This document shows, in pieces, positions 26,301 to 40,408 of a stretch of 64,000 nt of DNA. Below the pieces are notes generated by a model. The model saw only the letters and a list, made by a program, of their open reading frames with translations. It was not told where the DNA came from and did no database searches. The position numbers and the translations under genes were made by a program. The DNA is taken from assembly GCA_000708835.1 (NCBI GenBank), contig DF237055.1:62001-126000 (forward strand). Direction: 5' to 3'. Each line of letters starts with the position of its first letter. The first letter of the stretch is position 1. Origin of the DNA: Klebsormidium nitens. Its lineage: Eukaryota; Plantae; Klebsormidiophyceae.

Positions 26301-28314
26301 GGTCGGGGGCACCTATCAGAATCCGTCGGTCCCAACATTCCATACCGAGTACTTTCATGGGCTGAATGTGCAGACTGCTAGGACCCGGTAGGGGCTTCGT
26401 CTTTTCCATCTCTTACCCTTGCGGTTTTAAATGCTTTTGTTTGGGCTCGATTATTGGGCTTGCCAACACTCTATCGAGCGCCTCGTCGAGACTCACTTCT
26501 TTCAAGCCGGTTTGTCCGTACCGAGATCGTACAGTCTCAACCAAAGTCCACCCACCACAGTCTGTTGGAAATGTGACGATCTTGGCGGCATGCGAACAGG
26601 CCTTAAGGCGTCGTTTCCTCCAATATAAAGGCGAAAGACGGGGACGTGTCGAAGGATGTAAACCCTGCGCCCGACTGGTTGTACACTTGAATCCCTCACA
26701 CTTCTCGAGCGTATTTCCATATTAATCGAAGTTATCAAAGACTACGTTGTCATTTTAGTGTCGTTGAATCTGAACCGTTGATGAGGAAAGACCGACCCAC
26801 AAGCTGTCGTCGATACCCAGACAGCGTGCGTCAGCAGGATTGTTGGTAAGTCAGTCTCGTGGTGATAGCAGATTCCGATTCTTCGGACCCCTTTCATCCA
26901 AATCACGTACAATCTTTTTGCGAGTTGTTTTATTACAGGCCAAGTCCTTTGCGAGTCTTGTGGGGACTCTGTTTGAAAAGCATGACGTCAGGTCCGACTC
27001 GACTTTCTCGTCGGTAACCCATCTAAAGTCAGTTCCTGTTTCGGCAGCTCCTATAAAGGGCGCTTCTGAAGTTCTGGGTCTCGCAATATCAGTCCAGGAA
27101 AACCCTCCATTCTGTCCCGACTTCTGCCCATTTAGCAAAACGCAATATTCTTCCAAAAATTGGCCCACTTTTCAGTGATTGTGTGTACGGTTGCAGGCCC
27201 CGGACCAGCCTCGTCTTTGGACGGGAGCAACATTGTGTTTGGAACCGTGCTCGAAGGTACGACCCTGGTTCCTTGCTGCCTTCGATAATAGCAGGCAAAT
27301 TGCATACTCTTGCAACGGTGTGTTTCGTATTAATTGGCTGGTGGCATCCTCCGAGCTAATCATTCTTGCGATGTCTTTGGTTACGTCATGCATGCTAAGA
27401 AAGTTCCCCCAGATTGTTGAGGTTTGCCTTCAGGACAACGTTTGTCCAGGAGAGAGTCTGAAATCCTAGTTAAAAGCCCCTCACCTTTTCTGTAACTTTT
27501 CCCCTGGAGACAAAATGCCCTATGACCGGCAAGAGGCCAATCTTTGCAGTCGCAAAGTGTTACAGAGATGGTGTCAACCGACCGACCTCGCTCTTGCCGT
27601 TTGACCATTATTCCAAGGATCGCCTGCCGCTCTTTTTCGAAAAGAGATGCTGAGTCGCCAATCCGGTGGGGCGCCTGATGTGGCAAATAGTGAGATGGGG
27701 TCTCGAGCCCATGTCTCTCCCTGTTTCAAATACGAGCAAGCAATCACTCGTGAATCACACGGTGAAATTTTCGTCCCGCGCGTCTTCCTTTCTCCACTTT
27801 GTGCTCCTCTCAAGCTTGCATCTTTTGCTCAAGTTCGGACAAGGGGGTTTGAAGAGGGCGTCAGATTTTAAGGAACACTCGTGCATCTGACTCCTTACGG
27901 GAAATTCCATCCGACGGACCAGATTCCATCTCAACAATTGTCCCGAGCGACCAATTTGGCTCTATGGGCACTTTGCTGGTCGCCGACGGGGGACCGGTCC
28001 CCCGACGCCCTCTTTAAGAGTTTTAGGTTTCAGCTTCAAGGTTACAGATTGAAGGTCAAAGACTAAAGGTTAAAGATAAAAGCTGTTCCCCTCATTCGCA
28101 CGCAGGAATGGACGTAGTGTCTCGGATCGCGGCCGTCCCCTCCTACCAGCCCAACATCCGGATAAAGCAGTTCAACGAGTTGGCCGAGTTCTTGGGCGAC
28201 GAGCGCGCGGAAACCGCGCGCAAATTCTGGGACCGGCCCCTGCAGAATGTCGTCATTGCGGGTTGCGGGATCATTCAACCCAAGCCCAGCCCACTACCAA
28301 ACGGCCAACCTTGA
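23314..28314 (+). CDS. CYP28: Chloroplast thylakoid-lumen cyclophilin-type PPIase, CYP28-like; exons ~23314-23984, 24754-24833, 25919-26148, 27197-27256, 28106-28314
   Basis: Bipartite transit peptide with SRRDLLLL...ARA. Motifs AYLDVMVCP...DRTLGD...LGRIVIGLYG, HTRPGTVSLCLGVNDDEEDRKLSEEYRNVEFLITT|GPGP...NIVFGTVLEG|MDVV...IKQFNELAEFLGDERA match my recollection of plant CYP28. Confidence 0.9.
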
Positions 28315-29343
28315 CCATCTGAGTTGTTAAGTTTGTGCACCGTGCAGCAGAATTTTGTCCCCGTCCGCCTGTGTACCGTACGGCTTCGCAGATCGATCCT
28401 GCACACCGCAACTACGTCAAATGTTTGTGTCTGATGACCGCATCTGGCATCGACAACGGTTGAAGACGTAGGTCTTTTCGTCACCAGAGGGTGGCGCGTT
28501 TGGATAGTCTACCTTCTCTCGCCTTCAAAGTAAAGTCGGGAAGCTTATGGCATTTCATTCATGAATGGCTTCCTGCATGCACTTGAGGCCCCATTGGTCC
28601 AATGTTTGATCGAGTATCCGGTCGCCGGGCCATTATTCGTGCTTGAGCAACCTACTCAAGGAAGATCGCAAGCTGAGTTGCGACTCAAGGCGCATGCATG
28701 CTCCGGGGCCACAGCACCAATACCATGTGATCTTGGCCGCCAGGCTCCAGCATGATTGAGTTCATTGGCTGTGACAACATGCACGCATGTGCATGGCATA
28801 CCTGATTACTATGGATTTGATAGCGAGGCGCAGCTCCTGACATATTGGCAAGGTTTGCCAATTGAGACCTTATACTTGATAGCGCAGCGGCCGTACATGG
28901 TGCGCAGGATCGCGGCCGGCCGCTGAGCCTTTTCGTCAGCTAGCTGCCATCCCGGCCTCACGCCGGTAATATTTGTTCTTCAAAACGCGCGGCCTTTTTG
29001 CCGCGCCTGCATCATTGTTGCTTGCGCGCGCCCCAATCGAAGGGCATGGGAGGAGAAGAGATGACACCATGACAGCACTATTAGTCCCATCATGCTCTAG
29101 GCTCGTCGGTATTTTGCTCAGTACAATTGAACTACCTCATGCAGAGCCACTGTTTTCGCATCATCGAAGTGTGTATCAACGTACACATCACTTTGCCTTC
29201 AAATCAAAAGGTATCTAGGGTTTCTCAGGCTGCTCTCGCGCAATACATGTGTAACTTGAAGGAATGAGCTAAAGTTCCACAAATTTTCGATCTATCGATT
29301 CTGGCCGAAATGTTATGTGGCCCTTCCCCAGATCTATTGCAGG

Positions 29344-29529
29344 TTCGGTCAAACCTGGCCGCCTGACCTGACTCTGCTTTCAGCCCATCGCAGAACTTGG
29401 CCGAAATCGAGAACCTGGGCCGTTCGATGAATTTTGTCCTAGCATCCGAGGGTCCAAGTTCTGCGCATCGGGCAAAGTTTTGCGATCGGCTCAAATCGGA
29501 CTCGGGTCAAGCGGCCAGGTTTGACCGAA
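29344..29529. repeat. ~185-bp imperfect inverted repeat (MITE-like or hairpin RNA)
   Basis: ttcggtcaaacctggccgcctgacctgactc...tttcagcccatcgcagaactt pairs with aagttttgcgatcggctcaaa...gactcgggtcaagcggccaggtttgaccgaa. The ORF track shows mirrored peptides (SGQAARFDR) on both strands. Confidence 0.85.
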
Positions 29530-30139
29530 TAAAAGACCCTTATTTATGTAGACTCAGGCTCGGCCAATCACAGTACCTACTACCAATAATTCCCTACGGT
29601 ACGGTACGGTAGGGTGACGTGTAAAGAGTCACCCTACATCATCATGTGCGAAATGGGTAATTTGAATTCTGGAGTCTGCCCGGCCAGTGGCTTCATACTA
29701 AAAGCCCACATCCACGATGCTCATTGCCGACCCCCTTCCGACGCGAGCGGAAATCATGCAGCGTGCCGCCGCGTGCGTTCGAATTAAAGCACGGTAACTA
29801 CAGTACGGTACCTAGGCTTTTCGAGGCACATCAATGATCATACATGCAAACGTGTACGGTGTAGGGCCGGGGCGCTCAAAAGCAGAAAAGCAGCCAGCTG
29901 TGGCCCGTGGGTGGTGCCCTCTACCTATATAGGTATACCGGTATATATACCTATCAGACTGCCAAGATGGCAAGAAGCTGAGCTTTTGAAAGCTTTTGAA
30001 ATGTTGAAGCACATGCTTTGTCACCATTCGACGTCTGCCCACAAGTATCAACGTTGCCCGAACTGCCCGAACTTTGACGCAGAAGACTCAAATATCGATC
30101 TTGACGATTGGCTGCTGCTCAAGACGTCGTTCACTGAAA

Positions 30140-32377
30140 ATGGCGTCCCGCATCTCGGTAAGTCGCCACAATGCAGTGCAGTAGGCAGTACCTGAAGAAA
30201 CCTCTGTATAGATGGCATGCTTTGCTTGATTATCTGTTACGGTACTTTGAGCTGTTCCAGCTTGCTGTGCCATGCTTCTGGCAGACTCAACTGAGACTCA
30301 AGAAGAAGCATTCTTGTACATTGCAATGGGGACTAGATTCTGCTTCGCAATTATCGTGATCAGACACAACTTCGTAGGTGTGTCTCCCCGACTCACTTTC
30401 TACCGAGGCAGTATTGTAAGACGCACAGAAAAGGCTTTGACAACGGAAGGGTCCTTTTCATTGCAGATACAAGAGTTTGCTATCACAGCCTTTCGCTTAT
30501 CCGCACCTCCTTGACTTGACATACGCTTGAAGAACCTGTCTGGTTTCCTTCTGCATCCGATCGTCACAGATCAAACTTGAATTTAAAGTTTAATATCAAC
30601 AATATCAATACGTGGTTGCAGGCCCTGTCACAGCTCGTTCTGGTGCTCGTATTGGGCTGCACAGCTCTCACGGCGGCCCAGAGCTACAAGGAGCTCAAGT
30701 TGCAGTTCGTGGAGCTTGGGGCGCCAAGCACCCAGGGGGACGACGGCACTGGCTTTGGAAACACGCAGTTCTTCAGGTACGTGCACTTGTCTCACTTTTG
30801 ACACAGGGTTTTCTAGTATGCAAGTACTGAGTGGGAATGCCTTGTCATCTGAAGAGAAGACCAGGGCTTCTTGCTTTACGGGAATGCTGTCCCTCCTCCA
30901 TTCCGTCTTGACCTGGAACCCCCTGCCTCTAGTTCCTGTCTCAACTTTGATCACCCCCAATTGAATCCTGCATCACTTTCAAGGGCAGCTTGGTGCCATG
31001 TTTTCCTTGCTTTCCTGAGTGTTGATTCTTGCTTTGTGGAAGGTCTCAAAACATTAGGCTTCGGAGGTGTCATAATGCAGTGTTAATTCATTAGCCTACA
31101 GACAACAATTGTGAAATTGGGCCATCAGCTGTCAGCACTGATTGCAAGGAGCTTTTGTTTAAACAGGATTTGCATCTATGATCTGGTCCGCCCAACGCTT
31201 CAGCAAAGTCCTTAACAAGGTTTGAATGTCATTTAGCACATTGGGTGCGAAAGAGATATCGCATGACATCTGTACAATCCTCTCCAACTCAATATTGGCC
31301 CAAATGAATGAAATGAGCGAACAAATTTGTTGTGCGAGCCTCCTCAGAACTTACTATATCTGCAGGAACCCGATTGCTGACTACAACACGGACGCAATCC
31401 TTGGATACAATTCGGGCTTCTGCGTCTTCACTAAGGGCTTGGAACGCCAATGGCACTTTTGAGTTCGAATGCACCATCACCTTTGTGTTCTCTGAGGGCA
31501 GCATCAATCTCTGGTACGTGCATCTTGACAAACACGTCAAGAAAATCACCTCCTGATTGTCTCAAAGATGCTTGTCTCTGACGTTCCTGCCATCTCTCTT
31601 TTCATGGTCTGTGTCCACCAAGAGTGTTGCGTCAAGCTACCAATGGTCCTGATGCTTCACTTATAATTGCAAGCAAAAGGCGAACTTAAGAGAGGAAAGA
31701 TTCGTCTTTGATTGGCGGATGTCTGGGAGGGATTCAACCAGAGACTATGAATCCGGCTACTCCATTGAAATCCCTCATATTTATGAACAAAAAAGCAAAG
31801 GAAAAGAAACGAAATACGCCAGGTGGTTGCCAATGCAATTCGACTACTCTGGTCGACTGCATCCTAGCTGATTGCTAGGCGTTCAACGCTTCCTCGTGAC
31901 TTGAGAAATCAAAGATTGATCAGTCCAACACAATGTACATTCGTTTCTCTGCCCTTTGGGCTATACTTAAAATGACCACACTGTTCGCTGCAGGGCTCGC
32001 TGAAGGACACACCAAGCGCTATCTCAGTTGTTGGTGGGAGTGGCATCTACTCCGGTGCGACCGGCGTCTGCCAATTCAGCACTTTGAGCAACGATGGGGC
32101 GAACAACAACGTTTTCGCTTACAACTGCGAGTTCTTCGTTGTTTCTACGCCTCTCAGCCCGGCAACTCTGGGCCCCAGAGTTGGAGTGGCCCCGGTCAAC
32201 GGTGTCTGCAATCCAGGCTCCAGTAACCCCAACCAGGTGAGACGAACTAGAGCGAGCCAGATTGAAAAGTTGTTGATTAGTGTGCAGGAATTGCAGGCCG
32301 ACGGACAGTTGGACACAGGGAGAGTGCGACGCAGACTAGCTGGGAAAGCTTTGCTTCGCTCTATCTCCAGTTATTGA
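30140..32377 (+). pseudogene. Secreted allene-oxide-cyclase/dirigent-fold protein gene with an apparent +1 frameshift at ~31433 (pseudogene or assembly error)
   Basis: Exons: MASRIS (30140-30157)|ALSQLVLVLVLGCTALTAA... (30622-30776)|NPIADYNTDAILGYNSGFCVFT[+1]RAWNANGTFEFECTITFVFSEGSINL (from 31366)|GSLKDTPSAISVVGGSGIYSGATG... (from 31994)|ELQADG...* (32377). The VGGSGIYSGATG motif is AOC/dirigent-like. Confidence 0.55.
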
Positions 32378-33700
32378 GCTGCGTGAACACACGAGATAAC
32401 AGGGGGAGCGCCTTTTCGACGCCCATAGTTCTGGGTGGGTTTCGAAATTCGTGGCTTGCCGAGGGAACCGAGGTTTGCATGTTGGATGATCGCACATGTG
32501 TTTCAACGTCCCTAGGACCTTCGAGAATTCGTTGACGTCATCGGACTTGAGCAGCTTATATATAAGCATTCAAGCCTTATTATGAGTGTAAGCCTTTAGC
32601 AGATTGCGGAATTCCTTTCATGATAGTAAGTAGGCCTTGCCAAGGTACTAGGACGTAGCAAGTTGTCACAAGTAAGTACTCTGACGCGTCCGTCATCTTT
32701 CTGTGTGCAGTGCTTTGCTGCTGACGGCATGTCCTCTATCTGCTGCCCTGGCAACTGCCCCGGTTCGCCCACCAATACTGCGGCCTGCGCTTAATCGTGT
32801 AGTTTTGACAGGGTGAGAACATGACTGGTCAACAGTCAGCAAATGAACAAAGGTTCGACTCAAGTTTTGATTCAATGACAATGATGACAAGGTTCGGAGC
32901 TGCCAGAGTTGAGAATTGTCAGAAGGTTTGCGGACACAGGAGTCGGGAATAAATGACAACTCTGCGTACTTTAAGCTGGTGCGGTCATGTATTCGTAGAC
33001 AGTACCTATAGACACTCAGGCGGCACTGAGTCACTTAAAGGCCCTGAATAACAAGGCCGACCACCTTTTATATACAAAGAGCTCGAAGCCGCCTTGCATG
33101 AGTTGCATATGCCATCAGACGTCATGACCCAGAGCGCCGGTCCGCATGGCAGTCTTGATCGCTGCGGGTAACTGCAACGAATCATTTTACGTATATGGGA
33201 TCCTCGATTGTTATTTGAGTAATGATTATGTTGTAGTAAGTATCCGACTTAAATCTACAGCTTGTATAATGATCGTTGATGAATTGTACAGCTGCTCAGA
33301 TCGTGCATAATCATGATCACAAACTTTTATGGCGCTGCATGAATGATAGTGAGCTATTCGAAATGGCGGCGCGGCCGCCATAATTTAATGACAACTGCAA
33401 TTCAAGCAATCATCGTGACATTACAACATTCAATGACATTCCACAAGGAATGTATGTGTATTATAGGTAGCATGTCCGGTCGGGTTTCTTTTGAGCAATC
33501 CATTGAGAGGGTTGATTCGATGACCAGTCCATTCATTGCCGTAGAACATGATTGACTGCGACTGGCTTGCGCAACGAGCTCGGACGGAGTGTCTTCTTCT
33601 TACAGAAATGCTTTGTGATAGATGTAGCCGTTGCAAGATGCGATCGGATCGTTTGCCGATATTTGCGCCAGCCTTCCTGCCCAACCAAGCAAATCGATTT

Positions 33701-36700
33701 CTACTCGTAAGTAGACGGCGTAATAACGTCGTCAATCTTGAGGATCATCTTGACGACTTGAGTAGCCAACAGAATCTGCTCCTTCTTGCCGATAAGCGTT
33801 TCAAAGACGTTTTGCTTCTTCATGTCGTTGGTGCCCACGTCGTTGCAGTCGATACCCAGGTGCGGAATGCCCTCCTGCAAAAAGGAGGCAAATCTCAGCA
33901 GTCAAGTTGTGCCTTTGAGCACTCTTATTGGTACTCGCCATAACGCTCTTCCCGAAATGCAATGATTCCTGTGCGATCGCATTCTATGATCGGGCTCTGT
34001 TTACGGGCCCTCATTCTGGGTTATACGAGCCGTCAAAATGAGTTTCCTACTGGTCAAACGGTGTGCCTTCAAGGATCAGATTGTCGTTCTGCCCAGTGAG
34101 CGATGTCCGTCCAGCCATCAGAAGTACAACAACTAAAGATCGGAGAGCGGGATGTGCAGACTGCTCAAGTCATGAGATTCTTTCACCTGGTTACAAAGAC
34201 CACAATCCACGCTTATGCTCAGCATCTACGGCTTTTGATCGAAATCCGTCCAAAGCTTTGACACAACACAACTCAGATCATGACAAGTAGACCCACAGAC
34301 CACATACATCTTGAAATCTAAAATACGATCTCATCAGTGATGCTAGCATACACTGAGCAAAGAATGGGACCCCGGCGGTGGCATGAAGCCCCTCACCTTG
34401 ACCTGAGCGGCCTTCACAGCCGTCAGGGTGTCGATGGGCTGCAGGCCGCTGTTCTCGGCCAGCGCCAGCGGGACCGCGTCCAGAGCGTCGGCAAAAGCGC
34501 GCATAGCATACTGCAAAAGGGCAGAGAGGCTCCAACTCGGGGTCTAGCTCAGGGGAAGTGCTCGCTATGAGTGGTGAGAAAAGAACAATCGACTTTCGTT
34601 GAGTGCGTTTTCCAGAACCGGCAAGGCACGCATAGCGTACTGCAAAAGGGCAGAGAAGCTCCAACGCAGAGTCTTGCTCAGCGAATTATGCTCGCATGAC
34701 TGGTGGAAGAAGAAGACTCGGGGGAGCGGAATTTTCAGAAACGTCAGGAGCTTTGAACAGGAGGTGGACAATGACGCCGCCAGATTATAGACGTCTTGAA
34801 CGTCCACCTACGGCCAGAGGCTGACGTCGGGGCGGTTGTGCCTCGAAATGAAGTCTGCTGGATCATTAAGCAGTCTCCCTTCGCACGCCGAACGAGAACT
34901 CAGGGGGGCAGCTCGCCAAGGGCAACCATCGGACAGCAACGAACTTCGGGCGGCAAATGCCTCCTGTCAACTTCTTCAAGTGCCTCATGCAAGTCCCAGG
35001 ACCCGAAATAGTGACAAGTTTTGCCCCCCTCCACGACCCTCTCACCTGCTCCACCCCGGGAACCTTGTCCGCCGCCGCCTCCACCGCGAGCGAGCACGCG
35101 ATCTCCGCGGAACCCCCCCCGTAGACGATGCCGTTGTCGCGGATAAGGTTGCGGGCGACGCACAGTGCATCGTGGATCGAGCGCTTGGTCTCCTCGATGA
35201 CCATCTTGTTGCCTCCCCGCACGAAGATGGTGACGGCGCGCGAGTTGGCGCACTTCTCGATGGACAGCATGCGGTCCTTGGTCGTGCCAAACGCGCGCTC
35301 GCGCACGAGGCCGGCCTGCAGATAACGTTTTGAGTTTTCAAGGATTTTGGAAATTGGAGTTCCGAAGACGATCACGGGGGGTGAGTTGGCGCAATTCTCC
35401 GTAGACAGCATGCGTCGTTGTCATGCCGAACGCCCGTTCGCGCACGAGGCCGGCCTCCGGGCGAAAAGTAACAATTTCAGAGGCTCCACGACTTTTGAAA
35501 CTTGGGATTCACAAAAAGCACATTATGTAGAATTGCACCCGTCGGCGCACCTTTATTGAAAAGTATGCGGGGCCCAATCATGCCGAAACGCTCGCTCGCT
35601 TACGAAGCTACCCTGTCCTGCCAGGTGGGCAATTTGGGTCATCAAGGTTACAGGTCGTTCTTGCTCAAGGCGGTTTGGTGGAAGAGTAGGACGTAAGCAA
35701 CTAGTACGGGAAGAGAGGCAGCAAATTGTCGTCACATGGGCGTGATTAGCGGCACGCCGCAAAAAGCCCGAAAAGAAAGAAGCGCCCTGAAGCAGGGAAT
35801 TCTATAGGAGTTGCAGAGAAACGAGCACATCTGTCTGCACGATGTACGGATAGAAGCGGAGACACCATTGAAGGAGCACGAAACCGGACGCGCAGCGGTT
35901 TCAAGTATCAGAAAGCTCAAATGCACGAGAAGGAAGAGTAAAAAGGTGCAAGTAAGGGCGTCTGAATGTGGTACACACCTTTCCCAGTTTGTCGGGCGTC
36001 AGGTCTTGGAAGCGCGGCACGATGCGGCCTCCTGTGAACACAAACGCAGGATGTTTTCAAAACTCCACAAGGAAAACATTCCACAGACCAGCGCTAGAAA
36101 AAGACAGGGGGACCTGACAAGAAGGCACCACCTGGAACGAAAACCGAGTTGTAGTCGCATTCGCTCCTCCTAAGACATCTTTCCGTGGAGACCTCGAAGA
36201 AGGACCTATTTTCGCTTTACACCAGCCAACTTCGTTTTAGCCTTGCCAGGTTCTGAACGTAAGGAGCAGCATCAAATTTTGGTGTCCGTTTTGCTTAAAA
36301 GCAAACCGGGCCTGACAAGCAAACACAGGGACTTCGGTCGCAAACATACGGCACCATTTGCTATCACCTCCAAACGACGCGGGCAAGTAATTGTCAAAAA
36401 CGGGATTGTCCTGGACCACATACCTGTAGCGATGGCGATCAGCTCCAGTTCCACGCCCCCCACCCACCGCACTGCGGGCAGGTTCCTGTGCATGAGCAGG
36501 TGATTCGCCTCGTCATCGAAGCCCCACTGGCAGATCACGAGCGTCGCGCCCGCGTCCTGCAGAACGAATCCAAAGCATGAGATCTTTCGTTTTCAAAAGG
36601 CCGATAAGCAGCTAGCATATGAAGAGCGGTCCAGCAGACGCTTGTGCTTTGTGTCATTCGGAAACGAGATCTAGATTTGGAACATGAACCTGGGGCTGAA

Positions 36701-39322
36701 ACTTGAGCGACCAACGGGAAGTGAATGCCTTTGATGCCTTTGCTAGATGAGCTCGTTGTGCTTGTGAAATCAGAGCAGCGCTAGCATGTGCAGGCAACCC
36801 CAGAGTTAAAAGCTTGGCTTCGATCACGGACCCCTTGTCACCCCTTCAAGTAGCCAAAACAGCCTCCCTTGCATCCAAAATTCTTTGCCTGCTCACAAAG
36901 AAACAGAACCCTTCCTTGACCTCCAAACGCAGTCAAGCCAGCCTCACCTTGCACTTCTGCACCATGTCGTCGAAGTACTGCTTCTCCGCCTGCCGCAGCG
37001 TCTCGAACTTCTCCACCGAGTCGATGTCCACCTTATGCTTTGTCTTCGGCTTTGGGGGCTCGAACGGACATGTCAGAATGGCGATCTTCACGTCCTCCAG
37101 TTGCTTCGGCATCTGCAAAACCGAAGCAGACTCTGTCAATACATGCTTGGACAGGAACGTCCCCAACAATCAAGTTGCAATTTCTTATTAGGGACGTTGC
37201 AATGGTAGCCACTCTGCCTTGCACAAAAGCAGAAGCCTTGAGACATGCGAGGCAGACACTCTACCCTGACCCAACAGAAACTTGCACAGTATAAGCATTG
37301 CAACGTGTCTGACCTCCAATCTCAGGAAAGCGATTGATATCCTCCTAGTACTTGAGCCAAACGAAGGGGAGCATGAGCGTGAGCAAGGAACATAGACGCT
37401 CAATCAAGACCAAGAAGAGACGTGATTCCAGCCATGGCAAGGCTCCTGACTTACTTGCGGATGGCTGAAGTCCTTATCCACAATAATCCCGTCAATCAGC
37501 TCAGTGTCCTCTAGCCGTCCCCCGACCTTGCCCTCCAGCTTGATGAGGTCAAGATTGACATCACGGCGCTCCAGGTCAGCCACCGCGACAACCGCCTTGA
37601 CGGCAATCTCCGCTAGCGTGCGCTTGCACCGGCCGACGCTGGCAAGAGTAAAGCCAGCCTGATGTCAGCATGGTTGAAAGCTTGCATAAGAGGTAGATTT
37701 GAAGGCTTGCCGTTGCTCGCACAGACCTTTGTTGCTAAAACTTGATTGGTTCAACGAAGCGGAAGCTTCAACGTGCAGTAGTTGGTTTGATGAGGAAAGA
37801 TACAAAGCACAAGGATCATCTGCAATAAGGACCAAGGGTGATGAGCTGCCCTAATGCTTCAAATAATCTGACTCCCTAAACAAGGCTCAGAGAACTGTGA
37901 AGAGTCATTGGTCTCAAATTCCAAGTCGACCACTGCTAGTCAAGACCCCTGGTTGTAGACAACTGCTGGTCGAAGATGTAAGCTTCAAGTACATTACTGG
38001 CATGGTGCTCCTTTCCTAGCATGCTGTTACAGAGGAAAGACTGAACAGGGCACCTTAAGAGACTAAGCTACTCCCTCCCAAAGCTCGCGGTTGTAATCAA
38101 CCTCTAATACAGGCAGAAAAGAGCAAGCAGCCAAAAGTGGTGCATGGCACTCACATCTTTGATGACAGGGTGGTCATGCACGTCTGGATCAGTGGCTCTA
38201 GGTTGTCCTTGTCCAGAGGGAACTTTGTCGAAATCTTCTCTAGTTGCTCGACCGCAATCTTTGATGCCAGCTCATACCCGTCTGCCACTCTGATTGGGTG
38301 GATTCCACGATCCAGGAGAGATTCCGCCTGTTCTAACAGAGCCCCGGCAGTAACAACCACCCCCGTTGTGCCATCCCCAATTTCAAAGTCCTGACTCCTG
38401 GAAAGGTCCACCATCAGCTTGCCAATCTGGTTCTCAACCTCCATTTGCTCCAGTATGGTCGCACCATCGTTTGCTGCAGAAACGAGGAGCGGTTGTGTTG
38501 ATCAATCTGATGAACACAACCAGACCTGCATCCAAGACTTTTGCTGGGAAAAGCGGGTGACAATCAAAACAATTGAGGGTTGCTTGTTTGCACCACCACA
38601 TTCAAGTCCACTGCTAAATAGCACATCTGTCGAAGCAGATGAGGCTGCAAGTCTTTAGTAGCTGCTGAATAGCAAAAGCCAGGAAGATTTACTGAACCTG
38701 AGGTCAAGCTCTGCATATGATCAGACGGCCAAAGCAGCAATTGAGAACGTTCTTTCATAAGCAGGCCGCCACGTTAGCTTTGACGTTAGGTAATAGCAGG
38801 ATCACAGAAGAGAAGCACAAAAGAGAGAAATGGTCAAAGATATAAGCTGGAAACAGACTGTCTTTGGAGCAGGATCCAATGAAATACAAGAATCTTTCCT
38901 GAACTACCAATTGTTGTTGTTCTGTTATGCACCACTCCGATATGTCTGTTGCAGACGAAGAGAGCGTTGCCAAATCGCTTCTCAATTGGCTTCCTCAGGC
39001 ACCACCCAAGCTACAGTTGCAGATTGCAAGGAGCTCAATTGGCGCCATGGGGATGACAACGCCAAGAAATCTACATGTTGTCAAGAATGGTTTAACTTTT
39101 GAGAGACAGGCTGGGAAGCTCACTGATTGTCACATCCCCGTCTGGACTCTGCAGCATCTTATCCATCCCTTTTGGCCCTAAGGACGTCCTCAGGATTCTG
39201 GCCACCGACTTTCCAGCCATAATGTTTGCTTTCTGCGCCTCCAGGCCCTTAACACGCTTTTTCTGCTCCTGCTCCTTGATGATGATGAAGGGCCGGCCAT
39301 ACTCATCGAAGGCGAGAGACAT
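33701..39322 (-). CDS. CCT5: T-complex protein 1 subunit epsilon (cytosolic chaperonin CCT5)
   Basis: [18 protein letters not shown]...[81 protein letters not shown], ending [19 protein letters not shown] (TAG 33703-33701). Confidence 0.98.
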
Positions 39323-40408
39323 CGCTGCCCACTCCGGCAACGATGCAAACGAGCAGGCAAATGGATGTCAATCAAGGCGCACTCCCGAACTCCCTCTGCA
39401 ATTTTTTCCTCCCAGAGTTGTACACTGCCTTGCGCGGCGGAGGGTTCTCAAAAGGCAATCCTACAAAACCTCCCAATCGATTTGCAAAATGGAAAGCTTT
39501 TCTGTTCTGTGTTTCTCAAGCACGGTCGCTGTGGCGCATTTCGGGTTCTGGAGGGCGACATGGAGAGGCGGCTGTCTACAGACTCTGGCCCTGCGCAGAA
39601 AATTGCGAGCTCGATCCATTTCAGATTTCTCAACTGCTTCCTCCCCAACTAGAATGGCGGGCTGTATTCAACAAACCCCAAGCGAAAAATGGATACAAAT
39701 CGCATCAAATCTAGGAGTATTTGAAAGCTGCTGTGGGAACCGGATAATTGTACAGTAGATTTGCACGAAATCGCCTGTCGGATTCCGATTCCTTCGCAAA
39801 GCTGTACGGCACAATTGGCCGTCCTCTTTAAATCAAAAGGGCAAACCAACTTCGCAAATTTCCTTAGACGTAACCCGTCAGCCAAATTGCCAGTACAAGG
39901 CGTAACAGCAGGGTACAACCCCTTTTTGGCGAGTAATGCGCGTCATACACTGGGTTCTAATCAAGCCAAGTTTGACGTGACCCGGCCCCATGCATTGTCA
40001 TGAGTATGATTCGTTGATTAATTCCACCTTTATTAAATGGGAACATAAATCGTTCGCGCCGTTGTAACCGAGCCTTGCCCGGGGCTTCTGTTTGCCCTCC
40101 CACCCACCCATGGAGATGAATCCGGGCCGCCCTCCCACCCACCCTCATCGATGCCATATTTCTTATATATTGCCCTCTAAAATGAGGCGAGCTTCAGAAT
40201 CCGCTTGCGGATTCTTTTCGTCCTAGTTTAAGAATATTGTAATTCGTTGTACGCAATCCCGCTCTGTTTTAACCGTCACAAAGCGACCGCGTCATACAGC
40301 GAACTTTTTTCCCAGAAGACCCCACATCCGGATGTGAACGCTATAGCTCGCCCCTAGATAAATCTAGGCGAGCTAAAAACCTTAATAGGGTTTGCATACT
40401 ATCTCCAC

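Noticed and set aside
27987-28004. Perfect 18-bp palindrome CGGGGGACCGGTCCCCCG in a CYP28 intron
   Set aside because: Isolated, with no spacer and no second copy seen; no function can be supported.
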